A DNA stretch of 64,000 bases from Leucoraja ocellata (lineage: Eukaryota): contig JAWMAR010000485.1 of assembly GCA_036785375.1 (NCBI GenBank), positions 1,364,001 through 1,428,000 on the forward strand, read 5' to 3'. Below, piece by piece: positions 25,557-38,431 of this stretch; position 1 is the first letter of the stretch; each line of letters opens with the position of its first letter. The notes under the pieces are model-generated. The model saw only the letters and a list, made by a program, of their open reading frames with translations, made no database searches and was not told the origin of the DNA. A program made the translations under genes and the position numbers.

Positions 25557-25691
25557 GTGTCTCCAATGGGGAAGAATGTCAATGAAACTATTTGCTCTCT
25601 AAAATTTGCCCAGCGGGTACGGTCAGTGGAGCTTGGAGCCGCCGGGCGGAGAGCCGAGAGCCAGCTTTGTTCCAGCCGCCAGGAGTGTGAG
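25557..25691 (+). CDS. KIFC3: KIFC3-like exon VSPMGKNVNETICSLKFAQRVRSVELG...RQECE
   Basis: ttcacAG|...|GTATGA, 135 nt; end of motor domain. Confidence 0.94.
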
Positions 25692-26757
25692 GTATGAATG
25701 TTTCCCCGAATGGTGGATGTGGAGATTGGATCTGGAAACCAATGGGCACTGGGAATGCTCAGCTGATCACTCAGCATTTGTGGAGAGTTGATAGGTCTTT
25801 CACTAAAAATGGTAACAGTTTCTTCTCCAGAACTGTTGCCTGACCTGTGGATTTCTATTTCAAGCGCATTGATTAACAGCAGCAAATGGTTAATGGGATT
25901 AGTATTACAGCTGGAAAGGGAACACGGGTTATCCCTGGTTTACAAATGCCCAACCTGTACATACAAGCCAGTGTTTGGTAACCATCAGTATAGCTGTTAG
26001 GCTGCAGGTGACTGTTCTGTGCACGTTGCCACGTTGAAGCTAAGAAGAATACATTCTTCTTAATATGTTGATGTTTATTTTGTGGATCTTATCTAAGAGA
26101 CAGGCGCTTATGGACAGCTGCAGTGTCCTTTTTAAAACCGTCAATAACATGTAAAATCTCACTACAGTAGGTATTATCATAATATTATTATTAGCCTGTT
26201 GATCCCTGCCACATCACGAGCAGAACCTGTATGCTGAAAATATCTTGGATCTAGTGAATTTATAAATCAGATGGATAGTATTTGCTGCCTTTTGTGTCCA
26301 TCTTGTTACAAATATTGACCTCGCTGTCATCGTCCGTCCTGAAAAGGACGCAAGCCTCCGTCCGGCAACAATCAGTGGAAGCCATCACTTGTCGCAATAG
26401 ATGATGGTGGTAGTAGGATTAGCTCGGGATACTTCCAGTTTCCAGCCCCGTGACGTGGATGCTTCTGCTATGGGGCCATTGTATTTGCTGAACTGGCATT
26501 ATTCCTCTGGAAACATAATACAGATGCTGGAATCTTGAGTTGAAATTGTCTTTTGTCTCCTTCGTCACTCTCCATCCATCTGCCAATCAGCCACCCTTGT
26601 CTACTTTTTTTCCAGCTTCCCCCTACAATTTGAAAAAGGGTCTCAACCAGAAGCATATTTTCGCCACAGATGTGACCTGACCTGCTCAGTTCTTCCAACA
26701 CTTTTTTTTATTCGTCTGTAAATCCATTTTGGGCTGAGCCACTCTGTAGTTGGACTG

Positions 26758-27275
26758 TAATAAACGAGTTCAGTAGTCCGACTGCGCATGCCCAGGTCAT
26801 AGATCCCTCGCAATAAACATTCTCGGCAACTGTGCTGCTGCATGTATACAGACCCGCATTTCATCCGTAGTCGGGATCGAACCAGGGTCTCCAGCTCAAC
26901 TCTGCCTGTCCCACTGGGTTAACAGACAGCCCTAGACTGATGGGACACCGGCCTGGAGCAGTGGCGGCCACGGCTTACAGCCAGTGCGGAGAAGAAGCGC
27001 TAACTACATTGCTCCGGGCCAGTGTCCCGTCAGTCCAGGGTCACCCCGGACATCTCCGGCCGCCCCCGGACAGGGATGGGACACTCCGTAGGGGACGGTC
27101 CAGTAGCAATTCAACAGCGCTTGCAACGCCAAAGGCCCAGGTTCGATCCTGACTAGGGATGAAACGCATGTCTGTATACATGCAGCAGCACAGTTGCTGG
27201 GAATGTTTATTGCGAGTGACCTTTGACAAATCCCATAATTCCTTGTGTATTTCGGAATACCGAACTCGCTTATTA
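26758..27275. mobile_element. Unclassified nested fold-back element
   Basis: Three levels of inverted repeat: 26758-26781/27252-27275, 26807-26887/27136-27216, 26929-26963/27007-27040. Confidence 0.75.
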
Positions 27276-28360
27276 TGTCTGTCTGTCTGGTTCAGCCTTC
27301 AGATGACTTCTGTTTAGCTGAAATAACCAGAGCTTAAAGTGCCCGAAATAGTTCAAGGGCACAGAAACAATCCATGAAAGATATGCACTTTATGATTTAT
27401 TTTCAGGGCAAGAATTACTTCTCATTTATGCTAATTACAGATTTGGAGGTCAACTAAGATTCATTTTTCTGTTGATATCCATGATATTTCAGCAAAGTGT
27501 TTGGGATAAACATGTCACCATTTTCCTTCCAATGTGAGGCCAGTATATTTTATTTCTCATTGCAATTTGATTATTTTCATTCACCTCTGAATCTGTAATT
27601 AGCAGAAATCAGAAATAAATGTTCATCCCAACAATGTTAGGACAATGGTTTAGTCCTTATCAAAGATGTAGATTTTTAGACTTCCAAGTGCGGTTTCACC
27701 AATAGCTTGTACAACTGAACAGAACATTCGAACTTCGATATTCAATTCCTGACTGATGAAAGCCTCCCCTCTCCAGTTCTGACCTCTAGATTACTCTGAA
27801 GTTTATTTATCTGGGAGTTGGTGGTGAGTTTAGCTCCTTGTCCCTCTTCTGGGCCTCTCTCTCACTGAATTTCTCCACCTATCACTCTACTTTGCAATAG
27901 TCCTTAAAATTTGTAAGTTGTGGCCAAGTTTTTGTTCAGCTATCGGTATTATTTCCCTGTGACTAAGCATCCAAATATATTTTATATTGCAAATATGAAA
28001 CCTTTTGGGTTGTTTTCTTGTTAACATCTATATAAATTAAAGGTGTTTTTTCTTATCTCATTGTGTTGTAGCGACTTCTACACCCTAAACTGCAACTTCA
28101 CAATGGCTGCCTTCCTCATTAATATTAACAATTGTCATTGTCAGTTTATGAGGATCCCTGTGACTAATGGCTTTTGTTTAGTGCATTGTGGAACATTGCA
28201 AAACATGCTGTGTAGCCCACTAAGATTTGCAGTGCACTGCTGGGGGTTGGGCGGGTTTGGTTTGCTAATGCGAGTGGTGCTCTAAGTATCAGACTTCAAT
28301 GTCCACAATCATATGGAGACTGGCTGGCTCACCGTGGCTGATGTATATTTCCTTTTACAG

Positions 28361-28463
28361 TTAGAGTCTCCACATACAGCTATCCAACAGGGACGACATA
28401 ACTATCCAGGAGGAAACAATGTGGGGAAGAGCACAGCAGGGAAAAGAAGGCTGATGACATCAA
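28361..28463 (+). CDS. KIFC3: KIFC3-like C-terminal tail exon LESPHT...AGKRRLMTS
   Basis: cttttacAG|...A|GTATGG, 103 nt, phase 0/1; basic end resembles human SIRRKLQPS. Confidence 0.7.
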
Positions 28464-28761
28464 GTATGGAAATCGTACACAATTTCTGGGGGGGGTTGTG
28501 GTTGTCCTGTTTGTCACGCTCTAATGCTGATGACAGAATTCTCACGCTGTAAGACTGTGACACATTGTAGAAAGGGTGCAATTGCTCTGGAGAGGATCCA
28601 GGGGCTATTTATGAAGATGTTGGCAGGGCTGGAATTTTTTTTTTCGTTCTGAAGAAAGATTTGATAACTGGGATTGTATTCTCCGCAGCAACGGAGGTGA
28701 AGAAAAAACTTAGTTGAGGTGAATAATATTATAAGAATATGACCTGTTTTGCTTAACAAAT

Positions 28762-28886
28762 AGTGTAGGAAGGAATTGTAGATGCTGGTTTAAACTGAAG
28801 TAGACACGAAAAACTCAGCAGGACAGGCAGCATCTCTGGAGAGAAAGAATGGGTGATGTTTTGGGTCAAGAACTTCAGACTGAAGA
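28762..28886 (-). mobile_element. Penelope-tail copy with short inversion at the CUGA core
   Basis: Consensus tail ending in palindromic cttcagactgaag. Confidence 0.7.
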
Positions 28887-28967
28887 GGTTGAAAACCAGC
28901 CATAAAACACAATAACTGGAACTGTGTGTTATTCAACTAAGGGCAGAAATCAGAATCATGTGTTCAT

Positions 28968-29132
28968 CTACCACATGGGTTTTCTCTGAATATTCCGGTT
29001 TCTCCCACATCCGAAAGAAGTGCAGGTTTGTAGGTTAATTGGCTTCTGTAAATTGTCCCTGGCATGATGGATGGAACTGGTGTATGATTGCTGGTCGGTA
29101 TGGACTTGGTGCGCTGAAGGGCCTGTTTCCAT
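28968..29132 (+). mobile_element. V-SINE/HE1-like SINE (V-domain and tail)
   Basis: ccggtttctcccacatccgaaag...gaagggcctgtttcc. Confidence 0.7.
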
Positions 29133-29439
29133 ATATTTTTTACATGTATATCTTAATTTAATTGAACTATATATGATTGAATGTGGAATTATTTTCGTCT
29201 TGTTTCTATAGTCAAAGGGTAAGGTTGATTTATTTATTTGTGCAGAACAGTGATGGAAGTCCGACTTGCCTTGTTTCTGCTCTATACATATGCATAACAG
29301 CATGAATATAATCCGATTTCTATACATGAATATTGTCATTCATGTACTGCACCTGTTGATCAGAGCCTGGCTCTATTGTGGAATGTAATTTAGCCTAACC
29401 TTATTCATACCTAATCCAATTTAAAGCATAAATGTTGCA

Positions 29440-29606
29440 TTCAAGTGCTAGTTAAAAAACTCGCTACAGCATGCACCAAATTGCTCAATTTTAAGCTGAA
29501 AAATGCGACAGCTCCCTACCATAGGAGGGGGGCACCCCCCCCCCCCCCCCACCCTCGGTCGCTACGCTCCCTCACAATTTCTCTCTCAACCAATGTTGGC
29601 AGCTCT
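29440..29606. mobile_element. hAT-like DNA element terminal fragment
   Basis: Ends gttggcagctctg; internal ggtcgctacgctccc and poly-C. Confidence 0.4.
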
Positions 29607-29819
29607 GATATATTCACCATAAGTTTCAACTGTGTTTCCTTCATTTTCTTCCCAAACCAAATTTCATTGAAAATTTTATTTTCAATCTCCTGAATGACAC
29701 TTTGCTGGCATGTGGATTATTTTTAAGACTGCCTTTTAATTTTAGTAATCTTTGAAATGTCAGGTTTTGATTGACCTGTTTATTGTTAGTTACCTGATCA
29801 ATGCACGTTTTTCTTGCAG

Positions 29820-29836
29820 GTGAAGTAACCAATTAA
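29820..29836 (+). CDS. KIFC3: KIFC3-like last coding exon (S)EVTN*
   Basis: Strong acceptor tttttcttgcAG, phase 1, TAA at 29834-29836, followed by AU-rich UTR-like sequence with AATAAA. Confidence 0.6.
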
Positions 29837-29976
29837 CGAGGTCAGCAGTGCTGCCTGGAGCAATGGAAAATTAGTGCGGTATTTGTCCCAGTATGTAAAG
29901 TTGAGCATTCCTGTAATGGATCGCAGGCCAATGACTGTATATTTATATACTTCAACTCCATACATGCAGCCAGATT

Positions 29977-29982
29977 AATAAA
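29977..29982 (+). terminator. Candidate proximal poly(A) signal of KIFC3-like gene (distal AATAAA at 31446-31451)
   Basis: AATAAA about 140 nt after the stop; ATTAAA at 30031-30036 with U-rich downstream sequence. Confidence 0.4.
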
Positions 29983-31619
29983 ATTAATGCATGGAGTAGA
30001 GTTCATTACTTATTTTTTTTACATATAAATATTAAAATATTTTATATTGTCTACTTTTTATTTTAAACCTATCATTTGATATCCAAAGTCTTTGAATGTG
30101 GGTCCAATACAAATACATTGTCCTTTATGTTTTCATCTATATACTAGTTTTACTTTGTTCTGCAAACATTGGGCTACTTGAAGTCACTTAAGGTTTTGGG
30201 CGAAGTGCCAAATAATGCATTAGGTGAGATGGGATCAGCACACAATGATTATCTAAAATAGTCATTAAGACTGGCCTGCTATTTATGTAAAATGCCACCA
30301 AGGGACTGACTTTTGCTATTTAAAGATCTTGCCATGTTCTCCTTTTTTGATGGAATTCTAGTTCAAGTAAATGTGTACAAATTATGGTATTAAGCCTCAT
30401 TGACTGGAAATTCCATTTGAAACTTCTGGACTTTGTTCAGTTGCTACAGATGGTGTCACTGATTTAGGATTACAATTGAAGTTTTAAATACTTTTACTTT
30501 CAACTTAACCTGAGGTCAAACATCTGCCACTACTTGGTGAGTGGAAGTTGACCACTTGTGCCAGTAATAGTGATGCCAGCAAAGAGTTACCATCCCCAGG
30601 ACAAGTTGGAAACTAGTTCAGGGGGTTGTGGGAAAAGTGGTAATGGTGAAGAAAATATTCCCATTTTGAACTGCTGGAGCAGTCAGCTTTGTTCCCCATG
30701 TATGATAGCTGTTTTAAATAGTGGAATTGGTCAATATTTGCATTTCTGCTGAGATAAGTGTGTTGCTCACTTGCTGAATTAATTAATACACAATTCAAGT
30801 AAAAACAGATAAAAGGATATTGAACCAAAATGAACTTTGATTTGTTTGAATTGATGCTGCTATTTTTTTTACTGTTCCTTGTGTGGCTGTGGCTAATGTG
30901 TGGCATCCCTCTTGTTGAGCTGGGATCTCATTCTTCAGCATGTTAGCCCAGGGGACTCTAACCAAATCCATCTTTCCTTTTTAGACCTCATTGGCTTCTG
31001 TAACTTAAATGCATGCTGGAAGCAGAAATATCGCATAGCCCAAATGCTACAACGGTCATTTTTGCTGGTCCTGGCCTTTTTATTTCTTAAACAGGGCTTT
31101 CTGATGAAAGGCTTCTGTGCTGAAATATGGGGGGGGGGGGAAGATAAGTAATATGGGCAGAATTTTGGTTTGTTCATGTTATGCTGAAAAATTCAAACAA
31201 CTTCTACATTTGCTGTTGGAATGGCAGTAATATTTCTCCCCTGAAGCCCCCTGCAATGCCCTGTGTTTGGAGCTCAGAATCAAGACTAAAAGCTTCCAGC
31301 AAGAATTACTCAGGAGAATGTGTCTGTTTCAGTAATGCATGTTCACACTGATCCATCTGTTGTTGAAAAGCTGCATTCTGATTGTGTGGTCATATTCTCA
31401 ATGAAAATGTAGTTTATCTGTAAAGTTACTGTCTAAGCCTGTTCAAATAAAACCCAGTATTTATTCAACTTTAAAGCCAGTTTTACTTGTCTCTTTGTCA
31501 CAGCTATTAGGGACTTATTGAAGGTATTGAACAGTTATAAGTTGAACATTTTAGGGTTTGCTTTATTTAAGGTTGGGGTGGTGGTTAACAGGAACTTCAA
31601 CAACACATTCAAAAAATTG

Positions 31620-31625
31620 TTTATT
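31620..31625 (-). terminator. Candidate poly(A) signal of KATNB1
   Basis: AATAAA on - strand followed by a U run and GU-rich tgtgttgttg, about 1.5 kb after the stop codon. Confidence 0.55.
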
Positions 31626-33118
31626 ATGAAAACATTCATATTTACATAAATTACACTGTCCAAGAGCAGAGGGACACCAAATTAAAATGTTCAAGAAATT
31701 GATACAGGTTCCTGTTCAATGACCAGACCTGCAATGTGGAGCATGGTTCTACAGTACCTGTTGCTGGGTGGTACATGGGCTACAAATCAACATTATACAG
31801 AATGGACCAGTGGCATTACAAAATAGCAAGATGCATCTTAAATGAAGTTCAGTGTTGATTTGCAAATTACGGATGAAAAAAAAGGCATGTTGCATATAAG
31901 CTAGGCTAATTTAATACAGTGACTACAGTTTATTGGATTCCAAGGAAGCCTACTCCTAGGCTATAGGTGTGTCAGTCCAATAGGGATCTGAGCCAATCAA
32001 CCCCAAAGATTATGACTATTTAAGCCTCACGTTACAGTGTGACCTGTTTGCAAATGTAAAGCAGTTCACAAATTTGATCTGCATTACTCTTGTGGCATGG
32101 GAAGGAAAGAATAACATTAATTGGCTTTGAACCGAGTTGATTTGATGTTAAGAGGCAAAATAAATAATTGTGTAGGCATAGCATCCAATGATTTTAAACA
32201 TTCAGGTAAAGATGTAAAATGAAAATGGATATTGTGAAGTCCAATTTAGCTGGAACAATGTACTAGAGCCCATGTTATGCTTTGGGAAGGGAAGAGAGGG
32301 GCAGCCTTCCGTGAGAATTCAAGAAAGACACATATTTGATTTCTTAGAGCAATTCTGCACTTTCCAACAAAAAACCTAAATGGAATGCTTGAATCTAGGG
32401 TTAAGTAATGAATTGTATGTTTCACTGTTTAAAAAAAAATCAAAATCTTGTTACAGTAAAGGTATAGATCTTAGTTCTTGCTCAGTTCTGTAAATAAACA
32501 CAGGCTCTGCTGATTAAAAAATAGTTAACATTTCCAAATAAGCCCAACAGGCTGTTTACTGCTACACACTAGTAGCTTATGTCACAAACTACAGCCCATA
32601 ACTACCCTTGTGGTCTAGGGACACTAACCATCACCAGGATGGATAAGGCCACCTCTAGTGCCATGAAATGGCTTCAGTGTGTTTGATGCAATGAAAAGTT
32701 AATTTTCTAGGTTTGGAGATTGGAATTAATTTTAATCTCAATGTATAAATAGAAGATAAAAGAATTTAAAACAAGTCAACATGTTCAAGAACATCTCTCC
32801 CCCTGGCATTGTTGGCCAATGGGCATAGATGCAAAATCAACACAAGGCAAAAGTTTTAAGAATCATTTTCCCCAGGTCTTCAGTCATTGTAAATACCAAA
32901 AGGTGAATTGTTGTTTGCAGTGGCATTTAACAAAAGAACATTTGAGGCCCAGTTTTGCATAACCACCTAAATTTTTGTAAACTTTAAAAACAATTTTACT
33001 TGAAACAATTTGGTCTTTGAATCATTTGCCAGCAGTCTTATGCAAAATGATATCCAATACACCAGAGGAGAACCTCAAGGAAGTCTCTGGAGGGGACTAT
33101 TCAATAACGAGTCCATTC

Positions 33119-33251
33119 TCATTCAAATGCAGCCATCAGAAGCTGTAGTTCACGAAAGGCACTACCTTGCCGACCAGGCATTCCTGCTTTACTCTGAAGG
33201 ATTGGGAGCAAGTTCTTTAACTGCTTATAACAAAGTTTACATTTCTGGTGC
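33119..33251 (-). CDS. KATNB1: KATNB1 last exon [16 protein letters not shown]...[12 protein letters not shown]
   Basis: ctcAG| acceptor, 133 nt to TGA. Confidence 0.95.
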
Positions 33252-34122
33252 CTGAGAAACAAAGGAGAGGAAGAGTCAGAGGCATCTTAACGTTTAAAAA
33301 AAAAACCCACATTCACGCTACAATTTCAGTAATATTCACCTTTTCTTTTTGCCTGAAACCACAGGATTTGAATACCCGAATTAGGAAGTAATTACAAGTT
33401 TATGAAATTAGATTACGTAGTTCATGCAGAAATAGACCAATAGGTCTATTCCTGAACTACAACATTCTACATATTACAAATATCGAATGAGAACATTTAC
33501 ACGCTAAGGTTTTTTTTTTTAATTAAAGAGGGTGAAACGTTACCTTAGAGCGGGAGAAATCAAAGTCAACGTCCCAGGGAGATCAAAAGCAAAATTATTT
33601 GATATTCTCTATAGGACTTTGCTTGATTTCCTCCCTTAAGAGTAACGTGTTCTACCAGCTTTTTAATTCAATAAATGTTCTCATTTGATATTTGCATAAT
33701 TGTAATATTAAATATAAAATACTGCAAACAGCAGGCCAGTCATATGTGCAGAAATGTCCCCCTTCCCACTCCATAGATGCTGCCAGATCTGTCTTCAGCA
33801 TTTTTAAAATTCAAATTATGTTTAAAAGATAAAATATTACTTGTGAATGTATTACTGGATTGGGGGAAATGCAGAGAATTGATAGCTGTCAAAACAGCAG
33901 GGAGCCGAGGGAACTTGCCAATGTAAAACAACAGTTTAGTATCTGGCCTGGACCAGTAGGTTAACGCAAAGGACCTGCCCATCTTTTGCTGAAAGTTTTT
34001 CCTCAAAATGCAAATCTATAATTTGTCATACAAAATGGTGAGAATGCAACTACTCTAATAATACTGTATTTCCTTGTTGAAGAGATCATGCATCATCCAA
34101 ACTTTGTATAGCAGTCACTGAC

Positions 34123-34239
34123 CTTTCTTCTCGTGTTATATCCACCCCAATTGAAGGTAGTGTAACCAGATTGTCCGCTATTAAGAGTCCAAATCGCTGG
34201 AGGATTAGCTTCAGAGAAGTACAGCCAGTCTGGACATAA
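34123..34239 (-). CDS. KATNB1: KATNB1 exon [17 protein letters not shown]...GVDITREE
   Basis: cacAG|...|GTCAGT, 117 nt. Confidence 0.96.
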
Positions 34240-35323
34240 CTGTGGAACAGAAGTGATCACATATATACATGAAGCAATGGAAAGACAATTCTTTTTTTTC
34301 CCTTGGGGAATACTTGGCTGCTTTATCCAAAATAGAAAAAAATAAAATAGTATATTTAATGTTAAACTTAAACACACATTGTATCAGCACCCCACTACTG
34401 CAGAGCGCTCAGACCAGAATCAAGTGAAATCCACTCTGCTTCTACTAACATGCCACACACCCAATCTTCGATGAGCAACTCTAATGCACCACAGTGACAT
34501 TCATTCAGTCCCTTAGAAAAGCAAGCATGATTTGCCAGTATACACAGACAGAGGAATGGGATTATCCAAACTTGTCTTAAAAAATAATTGAAGGGGGGAA
34601 ATTCTCAATTTAAATCACTATGCTGGAGCTGTGGAAAGTCCATGGGATACAATTTATACAGTTCGCATGATGCTTTGCCACTTGTTTTGGAATTAATTTA
34701 CTAAAGCTGAGAACCAGGAATGACAACTCAGAACCAGAGTAAAAGTTTTAATACAGATTTGAATATTTTAATAATTTATTAGCTTCACTGACTAAAAATG
34801 TTGTTGTTTCCCATTTATCACTCCCAGGTAGGAGACAAATTATATATTCTTTCTAATTGACAATGATTTCTGCTCAGTTGTTCTACAGCAAGTGATCTGC
34901 TGACTGGGTTTAAACATCCAATCTGCTCCACACATTTATAACTATTTAATAAATTAAAAACATTAAGCAAAGATGGAGTTTCTACTATCACCATGATTTG
35001 AAGATATTTTCCTTTTTGCTTAGAACAGCAATAAATAAACCAGATCAAACTCCGAATGGAGAGAAGGCAATAAAAACTTCCAAATCACTGGTATACAAGT
35101 GGCTACATGAAACACTGGTAGCACATTTACAATTACATGAATGTAACAAGTGAGAGTCAGTGCTCTGAAAAATTGCTGCAACAACTCACCAAATGTGTAG
35201 TAATATTTTGTACTTTAAAAATCAGAGCAAACTGCAGATGTCCATTAACACCAAACTAAGCACACATGGAATACTACACCTGCATAACAATGCTCCACCT
35301 CTAAAGAAAGGATAACTGCTGAC

Positions 35324-35398
35324 CTTTCATATTTGCTCTGCAACAACTTGTCAATCGGAGGAATGATCGAAGGGCAAAGGTCCAGTTTCCATAAGGCG
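35324..35398 (-). CDS. KATNB1: KATNB1 exon ALWKLDLCPSIIPPIDKLLQSKYE
   Basis: ttcAG|...|GTCAGC, 75 nt. Confidence 0.95.
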
Positions 35399-37413
35399 CT
35401 GAAATAAAAATGTAGTCAGTAGTTACCGGGGGAAGATGGATCATTCTCTTAAAGAGAACAATTTCATTTCTTTCAAAATACTCCTCCTAAACATGACTTT
35501 TCGTAGTTTTATCGTAAGACTAGTGAACACAACTGGTCTGCTTCCCTCAGTACATTTATTAGAAAGGTAGTGGAAAGGATCTTTGAAAGAAATATAGGAC
35601 CAGGTACAGAAAAACATAGGCTCATAGCATAGCCAACCACCAGAGTCAATACTACATCTTGAGGGGTGACAAATATTGGATTTTTGATTTCAGCGAGCAG
35701 GTAAATCGGGTTTCTTATCATATCAGGTTCAAGTTTTTGCTCTTTGATATGAAAGATTTAGGTTTCTTAATTAGATCTGCCCCAAGAATTGCAGAACTTT
35801 GTACAACACAAGATCATAGCTCCAGCAACTTTACGTAAGTTCTGAGATGTGTTGGCAGCATGTATTTTTAATTCATTTTCAGGATTTGAGTACTGCTAAC
35901 AAGTTCAACATCTATTACCTTCACGGGAAGGGGGTTCCTGGATTCAGACCCAACTATGGTGAAGGGCCGGAGATCTATTTCCAAGTCACAAAAGTGCCGA
36001 CGGGGTCCAGGTTTGTTACTGTTATGTGTACTGAGGTACAGCAAAAAGGTTTGCATGCTTTCCAATCAAATCAGAAAATAAAGGGGCAGGTTCTGATGTC
36101 CCCATGCATTTCCCAGCCCTTGTTCTTCAGTGGCTTTCTGTGCTTCTCATTCAAAGTGAAGTGATATGAATGTTCTGACATTTACTTTGCAAAAAAGAGC
36201 CAAGTGCCCGAAAGAACAACAAAGTGGCATCAAGCCAGAATGAATCCTTTTAGTCTACAGAACAACTGGTGCCAGAGAGGAAAGAAAAATGAAAAGCATT
36301 CAGTCAAGGAATATAAAATGTAGCTTAAATTCTGTCATGTTTTCTGATATGTTTTGTCTTTTAATATTGTTATTGTTATAAACATTGTTAAAATTACTAA
36401 TGTCTATTAACTTAACATTAATGAAATAATGATAAAATACATTTTAAATGATTCTAACTACAAAGAATGTTTGAAGACTGTAAATACTGACGGTCATGTC
36501 TCCCGGTAGAAAAGAGTGGAAAGTGTGAAATTTGAAACAAACAAATAACTAGAGGTAAAACATGAATTAAATCTGCAGGGAATGTGAAAATAATGTATGG
36601 TTCTCAAACCAAAAGATTTAATTGAATCAACGAGAAGTGTACAAATAAGATGAAACAAGTAGATTATGGGGCAGAAGATCAACAGCCAATGAACAGTAGA
36701 AAGATTTAAACATCTGTAAGCATACAAGATTGGAGTAAAAAAAACATTGGGCTAATTGCACGGGACAGGTTACACAAGGAAGATTTTCAGGATTTGAGCA
36801 AGAAGAGACTATGTTTAATTTTTGAGGATCACAAATCAAAAAGGGTGATAAAACCCAGGAAGATGAGACATGGGAAGGTTAGATTATCACCCCACCCAAA
36901 TAGAACATATGAAATCTACAGAGTTGTGTGTACTGGGTGATTCATGAGAAGTTAGAGATAGGTAGATATTAATCAAAAAGTACAATTAAATGATAATCTA
37001 TTATTTCTGGAATAGCGACAGGATCACATCATTTTGATCAGAGTGTTTAGCCATTCAATTTGACCTTGACTGATCAGTAACTAATTCCCACTTGTCTGTA
37101 TGCCATTACCACTGTCCCCTTTCTCCAAACATCCATCATCCTAAATGTCTTACCCAGCAGCACACCAGTCTCAGTTTTGAAAATTAATTGTTCCAGCATT
37201 CACAAGTTGAGACTAGAATTCAGATTTCCATTAATGAAAGTTTAAAAAAAAATCTCAATGTCATTAATTTGCAACATTAAAAAAAAAGCTTGGCATTTAA
37301 TCATTTTAACAAATATAGCATGATGGTGTAACATTATACCTTGAAAGATTTGCTCTGTGATATTATTGAGAAAAAGTACAAAGCAGCAGATAGCTTTTTA
37401 AGTAGGTACATAC

Positions 37414-37490
37414 GGTTTAAGGTTAATAATATTCAAAATGTCTACAATGATTGCCAAGTCATTCATGGTCACTGCCGAGTCTATGGATGT
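37414..37490 (-). CDS. KATNB1: KATNB1 exon TSIDSAVTMNDLAIIVDILNIINLKP
   Basis: tgcAG|...|GTATGT, 77 nt. Confidence 0.95.
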
Positions 37491-37869
37491 CTGCAATAAA
37501 AGAGATCAATGTTAGAATGTGTTGTGGAATCCAGGTCAGGACACATGTCCTCAGAAAACTCATGCTTACAAGATCAGTCTTTTCATCACAAGGTTATGAC
37601 AGAAACAGCCTAATTTCTGCTGAAATAAAAAAAGCCTGAGGCAATCTACAACGCCAATCCATTGCAAATCATAAACCAGCCTACATTGTTTAAATAGGGT
37701 GGAGCTGAACTTTTAATTTGTGCCATTATTATAAATATTGATGATTCACAGAAAGATCTATTTCCACAGACTGTAAATAATGAACTCAATCTCATCATTC
37801 TCATTTGCTGTGTATAATTATTCAAGTGCAGGTTAACGCAAAGCACAGCACTTACCTTGTCTGCACATC

Positions 37870-38100
37870 TGGACGCCCGCAGCGGCGACTGCGGAGGGTT
37901 GTGGTCCCGACCACGGGGGAAAATGGAGGAGGACTGACCAAATTTTGTGTCTTCCACCACAGTGATGAATGCTGTGGTGGATGTTTGTGTTAAATTTTTA
38001 TTGTGTATTGTATGTTCTTTTTTTATTGTACCACTGCTGGCAAATTCATTTCACTGCACTTTATGTGCATGTAATGAATAAAACTTGACTTCACTTGACT
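37870..38100 (+). mobile_element. LINE/SINE 3' tail with (ACTTG)n end
   Basis: catttcactgcactt...aataaaacttgacttcacttgact; CpG-rich 5' part. Confidence 0.55.
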
Positions 38101-38431
38101 GAAGACAAGGTCAAATTATGAAGATTTTAGGCTGAGGTCCTTTAGTGCTGCGGGATAGGGTATCCCCTATTTACACCACGTGAATGAAGGAGGAATACTG
38201 ATTTCTTCCCAAGTCAGGGACTTGGAGGCAAATATTTGTAAAACACTTGTATGCTGCACTTGTGTATGAAAATAGATTTTTTTCTGATAATCATAATTTG
38301 TTATTCCTGTGACTGTATTGAAAAGGCCGTATTCAAGCCAAAGATTCCAGACATTGTCTCTCACTATTTTTGAAGTATTTATAATTCCATTGTCTTTAAT
38401 AATTATGCAAAAATGAATGGCTGGCCAACTA

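Larger units (their letters stand above)
6292..29836 (+). other. KIFC3: KIFC3-like kinesin-14 gene span (N-terminal coiled coil, C-terminal motor); 5' end uncertain
   Basis: 16 exons join in phase with GT-AG sites into one ORF (2154 nt from ATG 6357) containing the neck KKCHNELVRLRGNIRVFCRVRP, P-loop [10 protein letters not shown], switch I NEHSSRSH and switch II DLAGSER; tail-to-tail with KATNB1 as recalled for human 16q21. Ortholog vs paralog not resolved. Confidence 0.9.

Noticed and set aside
27110-27155. tRNA gene
   Set aside because: Only a T-arm/B-box and a partial anticodon-like arm; no acceptor stem or D arm, so a SINE-type head.
27407-27457. Acceptor-like ttttcAG|GGCAAG giving GKNYFSFMLITDLEVN* as an alternative last exon
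   Set aside because: Only two residues resemble the human terminus, and it lies upstream of the better-supported tail exon.
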